The notes under the pieces: generated by a model
Databases searched by the model: none
The model's input: only the letters and a program-made list of their open reading frames with translations
Told to the model about the DNA's origin: nothing
NCBI GenBank assembly: GCA_000961575.1
Contig: LADP01000023.1
Coordinates: 56,351 to 88,350, forward strand
Direction of reading: 5' to 3'
Length of the DNA stretch: 32,000 nt
Source: Peptococcaceae bacterium BRH_c8a
GTDB taxonomy: Bacteria > Bacillota > Desulfotomaculia > Desulfotomaculales > Desulfallaceae
Part shown: one piece after another, positions 1-8,670 of the stretch
How the letters are laid out: each line of letters begins with the position of its first letter
Position numbering within the stretch: position 1 is the first letter of the stretch
Position numbers and translations under genes: made by a program

Positions 1-481
1 CCCATGCAAAATCCCGCTCAATGCTGTCACTGACATCTCCCGCCGGCACCAATTCACCGGATCTGCTGGTAATTTGCACTGTTTTAGCGGCACTATCCCA
101 TTCCACCACGACACCCAGGGCTTCTCCCACAAGACGCAAGGGAATCATGGTACGTCCTTTAACACTTTTCGCGGGCACATCTAAGTACAATGGCTGTCCG
201 TTTTTATGAGCCAACGTATCCCCCGGATGCAGCACTATAACAACTTCACCCCTGGTGGCTAGGATTGTGTTTTGCGCCGCATCATACGTAACTTCGGCGT
301 TAATAGCTTCAAAAACCCCACGTAACGGCACTAATATGCGCCCTTTTTCAACTAGTGGAGGCACATCAAATTTCAGAACTTGGCCGTCAACAACAACGGT
401 AGGCGCAGCCACCGCGACGGGTAGCGGGGTTAACAGCAGCGCCAGTGCCAGCAACGTTGCCACTACATATTTTTTAAACAC
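1..481 (-). CDS. Secreted copper-amine-oxidase N-terminal (stalk-like) domain protein; 3' end runs off the window
   Basis: Absent from the ORF track because it is truncated by the window edge. My minus-strand translation starts at GTG 481-479, with RBS GGAGGGG upstream. It reads VFKKYVVATLLALALLLTPLPVAVAAPTVVVDGQVLKFDVPPLVEKGRILVPLRGVFEAINAEVTYDAAQNTILATRG...GRTMIPLRLVGEALGVVVEWDSAAKTVQI. This is a signal peptide followed by two 'VPLRxxxEAxxxxVxWD' units typical of Cu_amine_oxidN1 domains. The frame stays open to position 1. Confidence 0.6.
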   Translation of the reverse strand, partial: MFKKYVVATLLALALLLTPLPVAVAAPTVVVDGQVLKFDVPPLVEKGRILVPLRGVFEAINAEVTYDAAQNTILATRGEVVIVLHPGDTLAHKNGQPLYLDVPAKSVKGRTMIPLRLVGEALGVVVEWDSAAKTVQITSRSGELVPAGDVSDSIERDFAW

Positions 482-574
482 GGGTTACCCCTCCGGTCTT
501 TAATGCTGTAACAACGCATATAGCCTTGGCAACTTAAAAGAATTTACACCAATTTTAAAAGACTTATTTTTAAA

Positions 575-1084
575 TTATAGTACCATAAAAAAGTTAAATT
601 TCAAATTTCCAACTACTTTATTCAACATGGTGACACAACCGCCGGGTTGCAATATCGAGTCACCTTGTTTGGCCCGACCATCTACACCGTTACTGCCATT
701 GGCCAAAATATGGTTATTGGAGAGTATCAGTTTATCTCCGCTTTTCTTATCCTTAACAACACCACCGAAAGTTCCAGCGCTGATTTTGTAATGACCAATA
801 CTGCTGCCTGGCACGGCGGGCCGCATTTTATTTTTTCTTTCCTCCAACAACCGAACCCTGCCTATTTCCACCACATCGGTATCCAATCCGTATAACTTGG
901 GCGGTACACGGTATCCGCGGGATAACTTGGTTAAAGGCACCTTTTTCTCTACAAACACGATAATGGCCGGTTCGCCCGTGCTAACGCTTCCAACACGTTT
1001 ATATCCCACACCCACGCCCCTGACATTGGGTAAACCTAGAACCTTTGGCCGTACTTTGCCCAGGGCACGGTAATGCCTTTCCAT
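575..1084 (-). pseudogene. Truncated trypsin-like (S1-type) serine protease, N-terminal ~145 aa only
   Basis: ATG at 1084 with RBS AGGAGAGGG. The protein has ...AGTFGGVVKDKKSGDKLILSNNHILAN... (catalytic-His 'NNHI/V' block) and ...GDSILQPGG. It then runs into an AT-rich, non-homologous tail (CVTMLNKVVGNLKFNFFMVL*). No Asp or Ser catalytic blocks follow. The next gene's promoter region starts immediately. Confidence 0.5.
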
Positions 1085-1136
1085 AAAACCCTCTCCTTTG
1101 TTGATGCCATTTTATGCGAGCGCTAAAAAAAAGTTA

Positions 1137-1255
1137 CCTAAGTTGGGACATTCACCAATTGGGGACATTTCCTAAGTTGGGGACATTCCCTAAGTTGGGG
1201 ACATTCCCCCGCAGGGGGTGTGTCCCCTTTCCTTAAACGGGTGTGTCCCCTTTCC
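1137..1255. repeat. Array of GGGGACA-hairpin repeat half-sites (4 left halves + 2 right halves)
   Basis: cctaagttgggacattcacc / aattggggacatttcc / taagttggggacattccc / taagttggggacattccc / ccgcagggggtgtgtcccctttcc / ttaaacgggtgtgtcccctttcc. Directly abuts the yabG stop codon (1258-1256). Confidence 0.9.
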
Positions 1256-2149
1256 TTAATACGGCGATCGTGGTACACCGAGACGATGTTTGCCCCGGGT
1301 TTCGATCCCCCCGATACCGTCGAAACCGGTAATGGTTCCGGCAATAACTTCCCTTAAGGGGATCGGATCGTAAATCGAGGTATAGGCAACCTTTTCCATC
1401 ACAAAAACAGGATCAAAAGCATGTATTAAAACTCTTTTCGGTGAGCTGGCAAAGTTGGCCCCGGCGGACAGAAGAGCCTCGTAATGGGATTGGCATGCAC
1501 CGGCAAAAATAACCAAATCGTCACGGCTTTTTTCATATCGTCTGGCTGTTTGGACGGCGTTAACAAAGTTTGTTGTATTATGATAATTTTTAATTTCGGT
1601 AAAATCTTTAGTTCCTTTGGCAAACCCGTCATGTCCGGTTAGCACCAACAGATCCGGCCGGTGTTTAACCAACAAGTCATATACTTTTTCCGCCTGTTTA
1701 TCCTCAGCGATATGGTAACCATCGGCCGGTATTTTAAGCTGCTTATAAGTGGTCATGCACAAGTCCAGGTAATCACTGTCACCGTCTATATGCAGCACGC
1801 TGCCCGGCACGTCAAAACCCTCCACATCCCCGGGGCCGTCTGGGTCAGTCACCGATCTCATCAAACTCCTTTGGTGTTCTTCCCGGCGGCGCTTGAACAC
1901 ATTGCGCATAGCTTCGTGGTTCTTGGCCAATGTCATACGCCAGTAATCTGCCACCCTGGATGGCTCAATCCGTTCTAAATCCTCCAACGGTGCCGTTGCA
2001 CAAAGGCGCACATCCAGACCTTTTAAAGAAACAATTTTACTACCTTCGATATCTTCAATATTAATTACTTTGAAATAAATATCATGTCTGTAAGACTTGC
2101 GCCCAACTATGTCACCTACCCTTATTTCTCCCACAGCATCCCCTCCCAC
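1256..2149 (-). CDS. yabG: Sporulation-specific protease YabG (peptidase U57)
   Basis: Colinear with B. subtilis YabG as I recall it: GDIVGRKSY..D..F.., LVLTGHD, IFAGACQSH.E.L..AGANFASSP.RV.IHA.DP, GGIETRG. The likely true start is GTG at 2134 (RBS GGGAGGGGA 5 nt upstream) rather than the ORF-track start at 2149. Confidence 0.9.
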   Translation of the reverse strand: MGGDAVGEIRVGDIVGRKSYRHDIYFKVINIEDIEGSKIVSLKGLDVRLCATAPLEDLERIEPSRVADYWRMTLAKNHEAMRNVFKRRREEHQRSLMRSVTDPDGPGDVEGFDVPGSVLHIDGDSDYLDLCMTTYKQLKIPADGYHIAEDKQAEKVYDLLVKHRPDLLVLTGHDGFAKGTKDFTEIKNYHNTTNFVNAVQTARRYEKSRDDLVIFAGACQSHYEALLSAGANFASSPKRVLIHAFDPVFVMEKVAYTSIYDPIPLREVIAGTITGFDGIGGIETRGKHRLGVPRSPY

Positions 2150-2406
2150 GGCGCATTTTTACATTATTATGAATTTGGGGCTTAAAAGTGTGTGTCCAAG
2201 TGGAAATTAATTGCCAAGTTAAGACAACGTAACCTTTTACCGTTTTCCAGCATATTTTAAATAAATGCTCCATATTCTGTAAATTAATGTTTTAGAAAAG
2301 CCTATTAGAATATGCTTTTCCAGGATCATCTTTCCTAAGTTAGTTTCAACTGAGTGAATCTTGGTAAGAGTTTTGGTGGGGAATTAAAATCGGGTGGGGA
2401 ATCAAC

Positions 2407-3219
2407 ATGTTTGCAGCAGTAATACCCGTTAAAAATGAAGCTAAAAGCCTGGAGCAAGTTGTGTTTAACCTGACCGCTAATTTCCTGGATTTGATTATCC
2501 CTGTTTTAAACGGTTGTACGGACAATTCCTTGTCCATACTGGAAGAATCAAACTGCCCTATCCTGGCGCCGCTATGTTTCAACGAACCACTGGGCATAGA
2601 CATCCCCAGAGCTGTAGGAGCCCTAGTTGCACGCAATCTTAATGTAGAGGGCGTAATTTTTGTCGATGGCGATATGACCGGCGCCAATAGCGCAGTTATA
2701 GGTCAATTGTTAAGTGCCGTGCGCCAAAAGGGGGTAGATTTGGCCCTCACTGACTGCTATCCCCCCTATAACTACCACCACTTAAGCCCACAAGCCTCCT
2801 GCCTACTGGCCATACGCCGGAAACTTAACAGTAACCTGGGCCTTTTGAACAGTATCGGCTCAGCTACCCCTTGTCACGGTCCGCATGCTGTTTCCGGACA
2901 TCTGTTGCGGATGATGGAACCAGCCGATTTTGCCGTTCCTCCTATGCTACTGGCTAAAGCAGCATACGGGGGTATGATAATCGGGCTGGGAGCGGAACTT
3001 CCTCACATGATGTTGGGTTCCCCTATCCGCAGCGGCGATCATGCTCAGCGCATCGTAGAAACTATCATCGGCGACTGCCTGGCCGCCCTGCAAATGAAGG
3101 ACGGCAAACCGGGAAGCAGATATTTAACCGGGCGGGAGTATATCGGATACCACGCCCAGCGGCGGTTTGACTTGTTAAACGCCTTTGCTTCCGGCGTGAT
3201 TACAGGCGATTGTTTTTAA
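2407..3219 (+). CDS. GT-A fold (family-2-like) glycosyl/nucleotidyl transferase-like protein
   Basis: RBS GGTGGGGA upstream of the ATG. The N-terminus AVIPVKNEAKSL and a VDGDM (DxD-like) motif are typical of GT-A nucleotide-sugar transferases. The rest is not recognisable to me. Confidence 0.5.
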   Translation: MFAAVIPVKNEAKSLEQVVFNLTANFLDLIIPVLNGCTDNSLSILEESNCPILAPLCFNEPLGIDIPRAVGALVARNLNVEGVIFVDGDMTGANSAVIGQLLSAVRQKGVDLALTDCYPPYNYHHLSPQASCLLAIRRKLNSNLGLLNSIGSATPCHGPHAVSGHLLRMMEPADFAVPPMLLAKAAYGGMIIGLGAELPHMMLGSPIRSGDHAQRIVETIIGDCLAALQMKDGKPGSRYLTGREYIGYHAQRRFDLLNAFASGVITGDCF

Positions 3220-3264
3220 TTTCAGGTAGACCACCATGCCGCTACTCAACATCAGCAGAAAATA

Positions 3265-3511
3265 AAAAAACCAGCCTTCGCGGCGATCCGGTGATATCCG
3301 GAGCGAACGGTGCACCTGGATGCGTTGATTAGCCCGTCATAGCCCCGAATTCATGGCTGCTTAGGGCGTAACCAAACGGGTATGCAGTTTGTGCCATGTG
3401 GTAACAATAACCGGCTCCAATCACAACATTAAGAATTGCAAAAGAGAGCGGAGCGATATCACCGGAGCGCCGCGCCCACTACAACCAACGCTTAAAGTAT
3501 TTTCAGGGTAG
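3265..3511. repeat. Structured repeat family B, long form (MITE-like, with ~160-bp internal segment)
   Basis: The outer 40 bp (aaaaaccagccttcgcggcgatccggtgatatccggagcg) and the last 42 bp (ccgcgcccactacaaccaacgcttaaagtattttcagggtag) match the reverse complement of 11840-11921 at about 95%. The internal segment 3306-3467 is bounded by the inverted repeat CGCGGCGnTCCGGTGATATC. Confidence 0.85.
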
Positions 3512-3525
3512 TTAAATTAGTCCTC

Positions 3526-3566
3526 CTAAAATAATTAACCCCAGCCTGTTCACCGGGGTTAATTAT
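3526..3566 (-). terminator. Rho-independent terminator downstream of the YkuK-like gene
   Basis: Perfect 12-bp stem ATAATTAACCCC / GGGGTTAATTAT (3531-3542 / 3555-3566), followed by a U-run on the minus strand. Confidence 0.7.
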
Positions 3567-3568
3567 AG

Positions 3569-4039
3569 TTACTTGGTATGCTTATCTGCTACGCACGATG
3601 CACCATATGCGTCAGGCTTAATTTTGGCTTGAAACCCGCTGCCGGTTACCATACCCACAACTTCTTTAATCAAATCCCGGGTTTCCCCCTGCGTGCCAAC
3701 ATCAATATGGATTTCCACCGGCATTTCCGAGTATCCGTTTTCGGAAAACTGTTTGGTAATCTGTCCGCCTAATTCTAGGCTTAGCGCTGTTTCGTAAAAT
3801 ATTTTTTGGCGTAGGCTTTTAATTTTGCTATGAGTTTTTTTGCGGTAATAATAACGAGCCCCTTTGCCCAACCTGTGTACCACCACGGCGCTGATAAAAC
3901 AAGTATTATCCCTAACCATTGAATCAGTGCCGACGATTATTTTATAAGATGATGACGTAAGGCCCCGGATATATCGGTGAATATCCTCCATCATTTCCAA
4001 GAATGACAACCTGCCCATGGAGGGACTGTTGAAAAACAA
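3569..4039 (-). CDS. YkuK/DUF458-family RNase H-like protein
   Basis: TTG start with RBS AAGGAG. FFNSPSMGRLSFLEMMEDIHRYI...YKIIVGTDS...ISAVVVHRLGKGARYYY...IHIDVG matches my recollection of the YkuK family. Confidence 0.7.
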   Translation of the reverse strand: MFFNSPSMGRLSFLEMMEDIHRYIRGLTSSSYKIIVGTDSMVRDNTCFISAVVVHRLGKGARYYYRKKTHSKIKSLRQKIFYETALSLELGGQITKQFSENGYSEMPVEIHIDVGTQGETRDLIKEVVGMVTGSGFQAKIKPDAYGASCVADKHTK

Positions 4040-4061
4040 ACTGGTCCATCTCCTTTACATC

Positions 4062-4092
4062 AGTTGGGGAAAGGAGGTGTGTCACCTTTCCT
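4062..4092. repeat. Degenerate GGGGACA-hairpin repeat copy (intergenic, ksgA/YkuK-like)
   Basis: agttgggga--aaggaggtgtgtcacctttcc. The left half is partly deleted and the right half has one mismatch. Confidence 0.7.
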
Positions 4093-4123
4093 CAATTGTA
4101 ATTACTTTACGGCAAGCGCATAT

Positions 4124-5020
4124 TTATAACAAATAGGCATTGGTATATGCATCAGCCAACCGGGCAAATTCCCCTAGGCTGAGGGTCTCCCCCCGACGGC
4201 CCGGTTCAATATCCGCTTGTTGGAAAACACCTAACCACATCTCCTTGGATATTCGTTTGTCGATACAGCCGACAGCATTGAGCAAAGTCTTCCTGCGCTG
4301 TTGAAACCCGGCCCGCACCAGGGCAAAAAATACTTTTTTATCTTTCACCGATACCGCCGGTGTATCCCTGACATCCAGTCTGACCACCGCCGAGTCCACT
4401 TCCGGCCGCGGTATAAAAACCGTCCGGGGAACCCGAAACACCATCTCGGTATGCGCATAAAAATTAACCGCTAAGGTTAGCGCACCGTACTCAGGTGTAT
4501 CTGGCCGGGCCATAATCCTCCGGGCTACCTCTTCCTGCACCATGACCACTATTCGGTTAATGGAAGAATGCTTTTCTAGTAAGTGCATAATCAGTGGAGT
4601 GGTAATATAATAGGGCAAGTTGGCCGCTACTTTGTACTGTGTGACCACATCACCCGTAAAAGGGGACGAGGTGTGTCCCCTTTCCGCTTTCACCAAACTG
4701 TCAAAATCGGTTTTAAGGGCATCCGACTCAATTATATGCACGTTATCTAGCCCGGTCATGGTCTCTTCCAACACGGGGATTAAATTCCGGTCTATTTCCA
4801 CCGCCAATACCTGCCCGGCTCTGGCAGCCAGGGAACGGGTGAGCGCGCCAAGTCCAGGTCCGATTTCTACCACCGTGTCCGCAGGACTAGGCTCAACGGC
4901 AGCTACTATTTTCCTTATAATATTGCCGTCAATTAGAAAGTTTTGACCCAGGCTTTTTTTTATCCTAAAACCGTGGCGAGAAATTAACTCCTTGACTACA
5001 GCTGGCGAAACAGGATCCAT
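4124..5020 (-). CDS. rsmA: 16S rRNA (adenine1518/1519-N6)-dimethyltransferase RsmA/KsgA
   Basis: KKSLGQNFLID, VVEIGPGLGALT, ANLPYYITTP and FQQRRKTL motifs. The likely start is ATG 5020 (RBS GGAGG 8 nt upstream); the ORF-track start at 5041 has no RBS. Confidence 0.93.
   Translation of the reverse strand: MDPVSPAVVKELISRHGFRIKKSLGQNFLIDGNIIRKIVAAVEPSPADTVVEIGPGLGALTRSLAARAGQVLAVEIDRNLIPVLEETMTGLDNVHIIESDALKTDFDSLVKAERGHTSSPFTGDVVTQYKVAANLPYYITTPLIMHLLEKHSSINRIVVMVQEEVARRIMARPDTPEYGALTLAVNFYAHTEMVFRVPRTVFIPRPEVDSAVVRLDVRDTPAVSVKDKKVFFALVRAGFQQRRKTLLNAVGCIDKRISKEMWLGVFQQADIEPGRRGETLSLGEFARLADAYTNAYLL
4658..4687. repeat. GGGGACA-hairpin repeat copy inside the ksgA coding sequence (in-frame)
   Basis: aaaaggggac-gaggtgtgtcccctttccgc. 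Translated on the minus strand as ..K-AERGHTSSPF-TG.. in the variable loop just before the ANLPYY motif. Confidence 0.8.
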
Positions 5021-5055
5021 AAATAAGCCTCCGAAAAACATTAAATTAGGGCATT

Positions 5056-5093
5056 ATTTGGGGACATTCCCCCGCAGGGGGTGTACCCTTTCC
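5056..5093. repeat. GGGGACA-hairpin repeat copy (intergenic, yabE/ksgA)
   Basis: atttggggacattcccccgcagggggtgt-accctttcc. Confidence 0.9.
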
Positions 5094-5153
5094 TTTTTAA
5101 TATAAATAGAAGATCCTTACATTTACTATCATACCCTTTTTTATGGTAAAGTC

Positions 5154-5181
5154 AAAAAAGAAGGGGCTAAACCCCTTCTTT
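5154..5181 (-). terminator. Rho-independent terminator after yabE
   Basis: GAAGGGG-tttag-CCCCTTC stem followed by a U6 run on the minus strand. Overlaps the TAA stop. Confidence 0.75.
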
Positions 5182-6196
5182 ATTCAAGCACATATACTTT
5201 TACTTTTTTAACTCCCCAGCGCTTAGCTTCATTTCTGGTCTCTAGAAATACGTCAATTCGGCTACCCTTTATCTTGCCGCCCACATCCATGGCCCGACAG
5301 TGACCATAGCCTTCAACATATAACTTGGTTCCCAGCGGTATCACCGAAGGGTCAACCGCTACTATACCTACTTTGGGTTTGACCCCGGTTGCGGTATTAT
5401 TTCCAGTGTGCGTATAAGCCGTGGATACCATATCATAAGCCCTGGAGAACCTGATATCCTGACCACCCCGGGAAGCTACCTGTAGCGCACCCACTTTTAC
5501 GATTTGGTCCACCGGTTTTTTGACCACCACACTGTCCACCAGGCGCCTTTTAGTTTCCTTGCCGTTTTTGTATGTTATTTCCCATGATTTACGTTCCAGT
5601 CCCTCGGTGCCCTTCTGTACTACACTGGTAATGCCCCGGGCAATTTTACTGTCGTTTTCCCGGCGGACATTGAACTTAATGGGTACCTCTTCATCCATGG
5701 CACTTACCGTTATTAAATCTACTCTTACAAGCATATCCGGTTCCAACTTGGTTTCCAAACTTGGTGCAACCACATCCCGTTCACCCAGCGCTACATTACT
5801 TTCATCGATTAAATCGCCCACTGTTTCGACTGCTGTGTTGACTAGGCTTTCCTGCTCGCCAATCTGCAGAGTAACGGGTATGGCTCTGCGCACCATCACT
5901 GTCATTCCGTCCCGTAACATGGTATCCGGCAACGGTGTCACTTTGTCTATTACACCCAGTTCAACACCCTGCTCTTGCAATAGTTCGCTAACATCACCGG
6001 CAAAGGAACGAACTTCGATCTGCTCTCCTTCCACCTGCAAAATGACTTTATTCTGAGCACTGGCATAAGCCACAAAAATAGCCGAAATCAACATCAGAAC
6101 CACAAACGCAGCCGCCGCTACACGCGGCCCCGCCAAGTTGTCGGCTATCCCAGTCGACAACTCCTTGTTGCTGTTACCTTTTTCCCTTATATCCAC
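5180..6196 (-). CDS. yabE: YabE-like cell-wall protein (DUF348 repeats + G5 + 3D/RlpA-like domain)
   Basis: An N-terminal TM segment, then repeated 'V.V.V.G....V.T....V.D.L.E.G' DUF348-like units. The C-terminus reads ...TATGVKPKVGIVAVDPSVIPLGTKLYVEGYG...A.D.GG.IKG.RIDVF (3D domain). Its position between tatD and ksgA matches B. subtilis. Confidence 0.85.
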   Translation of the reverse strand: MDIREKGNSNKELSTGIADNLAGPRVAAAAFVVLMLISAIFVAYASAQNKVILQVEGEQIEVRSFAGDVSELLQEQGVELGVIDKVTPLPDTMLRDGMTVMVRRAIPVTLQIGEQESLVNTAVETVGDLIDESNVALGERDVVAPSLETKLEPDMLVRVDLITVSAMDEEVPIKFNVRRENDSKIARGITSVVQKGTEGLERKSWEITYKNGKETKRRLVDSVVVKKPVDQIVKVGALQVASRGGQDIRFSRAYDMVSTAYTHTGNNTATGVKPKVGIVAVDPSVIPLGTKLYVEGYGHCRAMDVGGKIKGSRIDVFLETRNEAKRWGVKKVKVYVLE

Positions 6197-6439
6197 TCGT
6201 TAAACAAACCTCCCAATTAAACAACACAATTAACCCGTCAATTAAATAAAAAAAACTTGGTTGATATCTATTCGCCGTTACTGGATAAATCTCCTGCCGG
6301 TGGTACCTTGTAACTATTGCATTCGCGCTGGTAGTTTAAAAAAAATTACCGTACATTAATTTTCCATTTAATCTGTGGGACGTGTTTTATACTTTAACAC
6401 TTTACATGTACTTTGGAAACCCTTTCTACTGCATAATAC

Positions 6440-6480
6440 AAAAACCCCCACGGTGTTGTCGATATGACAACCCATGGGGG
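6440..6480 (-). terminator. Rho-independent terminator after prkA
   Basis: CCCCCATGGGTTGTC-atatc-GACAACACCGTGGGGG followed by UUUUU on the minus strand. Confidence 0.8.
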
Positions 6481-6495
6481 CAATATTAATCAGCC

Positions 6496-8394
6496 TTACC
6501 TGTTTAGCAAACTCCCCACATATTTTAACAATTCGTTAGCGCATATACTGCAGTAACCGTGCGCATCAATTAATTTAGCACTTACTTCGTTAATCCGCTT
6601 AAGCTGCTCGACATCAGGCGTCTTGGTGGATGTAGTGATTTTAACCACATCCTTTAAATCAGCGAACAGTTTTTTCTCCACCGCTTCACGCAGTCTTTCA
6701 TGGGACTTATAATCGAACCGCACACCTTTTCTAGCGTATATAGACAATCTAATCAGTATTTCTTCGCGGAAGGTTTTCTTAACGCTTTCCGCCACCCCAA
6801 TTTGTTCTTCGATGGAACGCATCAATTTCTCATCCGGATTTATTTCTTCATCAGTGATGGGATCTTTTAACTTAACCCCGTTGCAGTATGCTTCTACGTT
6901 ATCCAAGTAATTATCAAAAAGGATTCGGGCTGATTCCTCATAGGAATACACAAACGCTTTTTGCACTTCCTTTTTAGCTAGTTCGTCATATTCTTTGCGG
7001 GCCACCGAAATGAAGTTTAGTAACCGGTCGCGTTCCTCTTTGTTGATTGATGGGTGCTGATCCAAACCGTCTTTTAGCGCTCTTAAAACATCTAGTGCAT
7101 TAATACAACGGGTTGATGTACGGATTAAAGCGGAACTGAGCCGGTTGATCACATAACGTGGATCGACACCGCTCATTCCCTCGTCCTGGTGTTCGGCCTT
7201 GAGCTCAGTAACGTCTTTGTTCTTAAATCCTTCCACATCCTGACCATCATACAGTTTCATTTTCTTCACTAGATCCATACCCTGTTTTTTGCTTTCCTTT
7301 AGCCGGCTCAGCACGGAGAATATACTGGCCACCTTTAGTGCATGGGGAGCGATATGGATATCTTTTAAGTCGCTCTGATTGATCAGTTTGTCATAAATCT
7401 TAATTTCGTCTCTAACCCGAAGGTTATAGGGGATTTTCATCACTATAATCCTTGACTGTAATGCCTCGTTTTTCTTGTTGCTGATAAAGGCCCGGTACTC
7501 GTTCTCGTTGGTATGCGCTACAATCATTTCATCGGCGTAAATAAGGGCAAATCGCCCGGCCTTGAAGTTTCCCTCCTGGGACAAACTGAGCAGGTTCCAA
7601 AGAAACTTTTCATCGCACTTGAGCATCTCCTGAAATTCCATGATGCCGCGGTTGGCAATGTTCAGTTCCCCGTCAAAACGGTAGGCCCGGGGATCTGACT
7701 CAGAGCCGTATTCGGCAATAGTGCTAAAGTCAATACTACCTGTCAGGTCGGCGATATCCTGGGATTTTGGATCGGACGGGGTGAAGGTACCAACGCCCAC
7801 CCGGTCGTCCTCGGACAGAAACACCCTTTCCACCAGTACTTTTTCTATATCGCCGTCGTACTCGGCATCCACCATCATCCGGCAGGAAGGACACAGTTCC
7901 CCTTCAATGTAAACCCCGTATTCCTTTTCGAATTCAGGGCGCAGTTCCTTGGGGATTAAATGCAGGGGTTCCTCGTGCATGGGACAGTGTTTAATGCCGA
8001 ACACTGCACCATTGTCCGTTCGGCTGTACCTTTCCAGACCGCGTTTTAACATCGATACCAGCGTTGATTTACCGCCGCTGACCGGGCCCATCAGCAGCAA
8101 GATCCGCTTGCGTACGTCCAGTCGCCGGGCAGCCGGGTGAAAATACTCTTCCACCAGGTTTTCCAGCGTCCGATCCAACCCGAACAATTCTTGGTTAAAA
8201 AATTTGTACCGCTTGCCGCCCTCTTTCAGTTCTTCCACGCCGGAGTCTTCAATCATTTTGTAAATTCTGGCGTGGGCCAACTGAGTAATCTGGGGTTTCT
8301 CCTTGATCATCTGAAGATAATCGTAAAAGGATCCTTCCCATTTATCTTTCCTATACAGAGAGCGGAATTCTTCCATTCGTTTGATAAAATCCAT
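6496..8394 (-). CDS. prkA: PrkA family serine protein kinase (AAA+/Lon-like)
   Basis: 632 aa. Walker A is LLLMGPVSGGKST. The typical PrkA N-terminus (W.GSF.DYL) and length are present. RBS AAGGGAGTG. Confidence 0.95.
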   Translation of the reverse strand: MDFIKRMEEFRSLYRKDKWEGSFYDYLQMIKEKPQITQLAHARIYKMIEDSGVEELKEGGKRYKFFNQELFGLDRTLENLVEEYFHPAARRLDVRKRILLLMGPVSGGKSTLVSMLKRGLERYSRTDNGAVFGIKHCPMHEEPLHLIPKELRPEFEKEYGVYIEGELCPSCRMMVDAEYDGDIEKVLVERVFLSEDDRVGVGTFTPSDPKSQDIADLTGSIDFSTIAEYGSESDPRAYRFDGELNIANRGIMEFQEMLKCDEKFLWNLLSLSQEGNFKAGRFALIYADEMIVAHTNENEYRAFISNKKNEALQSRIIVMKIPYNLRVRDEIKIYDKLINQSDLKDIHIAPHALKVASIFSVLSRLKESKKQGMDLVKKMKLYDGQDVEGFKNKDVTELKAEHQDEGMSGVDPRYVINRLSSALIRTSTRCINALDVLRALKDGLDQHPSINKEERDRLLNFISVARKEYDELAKKEVQKAFVYSYEESARILFDNYLDNVEAYCNGVKLKDPITDEEINPDEKLMRSIEEQIGVAESVKKTFREEILIRLSIYARKGVRFDYKSHERLREAVEKKLFADLKDVVKITTSTKTPDVEQLKRINEVSAKLIDAHGYCSICANELLKYVGSLLNR

Positions 8395-8611
8395 TCTTCA
8401 CACTCCCTTAGGTGCGTAAAAGCGACCTGTTAATGGAATATAGCCGGCAACAATCTTACCCTGCTCAGGTAGTAATATATTTATATGCAGCAACCGAAAA
8501 ATGAGTATCCACAAGCTCCTGTATTTAACGCTATTAAAGCCTGTTATCACCCGTCACGGTAAATTGGTGAGCAGGTGCTTTAAAATAGTTAACCGGACTC
8601 TTTTTTTCAAA

Positions 8612-8648
8612 ATTAAAAAACAAAATACCCCACCGAAGTGAGGTATTT
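8612..8648 (-). terminator. Rho-independent terminator after cobO
   Basis: ATACCTCAC-ttcg-GTGGGGTAT followed by a UUUUGUUUUUU run on the minus strand. Confidence 0.7.
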
Positions 8649-8670
8649 ATATCATAATCAACAGATTGTA

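Noticed and set aside
1157-1255. Short tandem direct repeats that could be taken for a CRISPR array
   Set aside because: The units are contiguous at 16-18 bp with no unique spacers. They belong to the dispersed hairpin family, and there are no cas genes.
1138-1344. 68-aa minus-strand ORF with reiterated ...ECPQLRECPQLRKCPQL...
   Set aside because: It is just the translation of the tandem GGGGACA half-site array. It overlaps the yabG 3' end and has no RBS.
2380-2405. Direct repeat GGTGGGGAAT x2 just upstream of the GT-A-like gene
   Set aside because: The second copy is the RBS. The duplication is short and could be chance.
6197-6440. Possible c-di-AMP (ydaO-type) riboswitch upstream of the yabE-like cell-wall gene
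   Set aside because: None of the conserved GGGGACCC/ACGGGG-type blocks I associate with that motif is present. The region is simply AT-rich.
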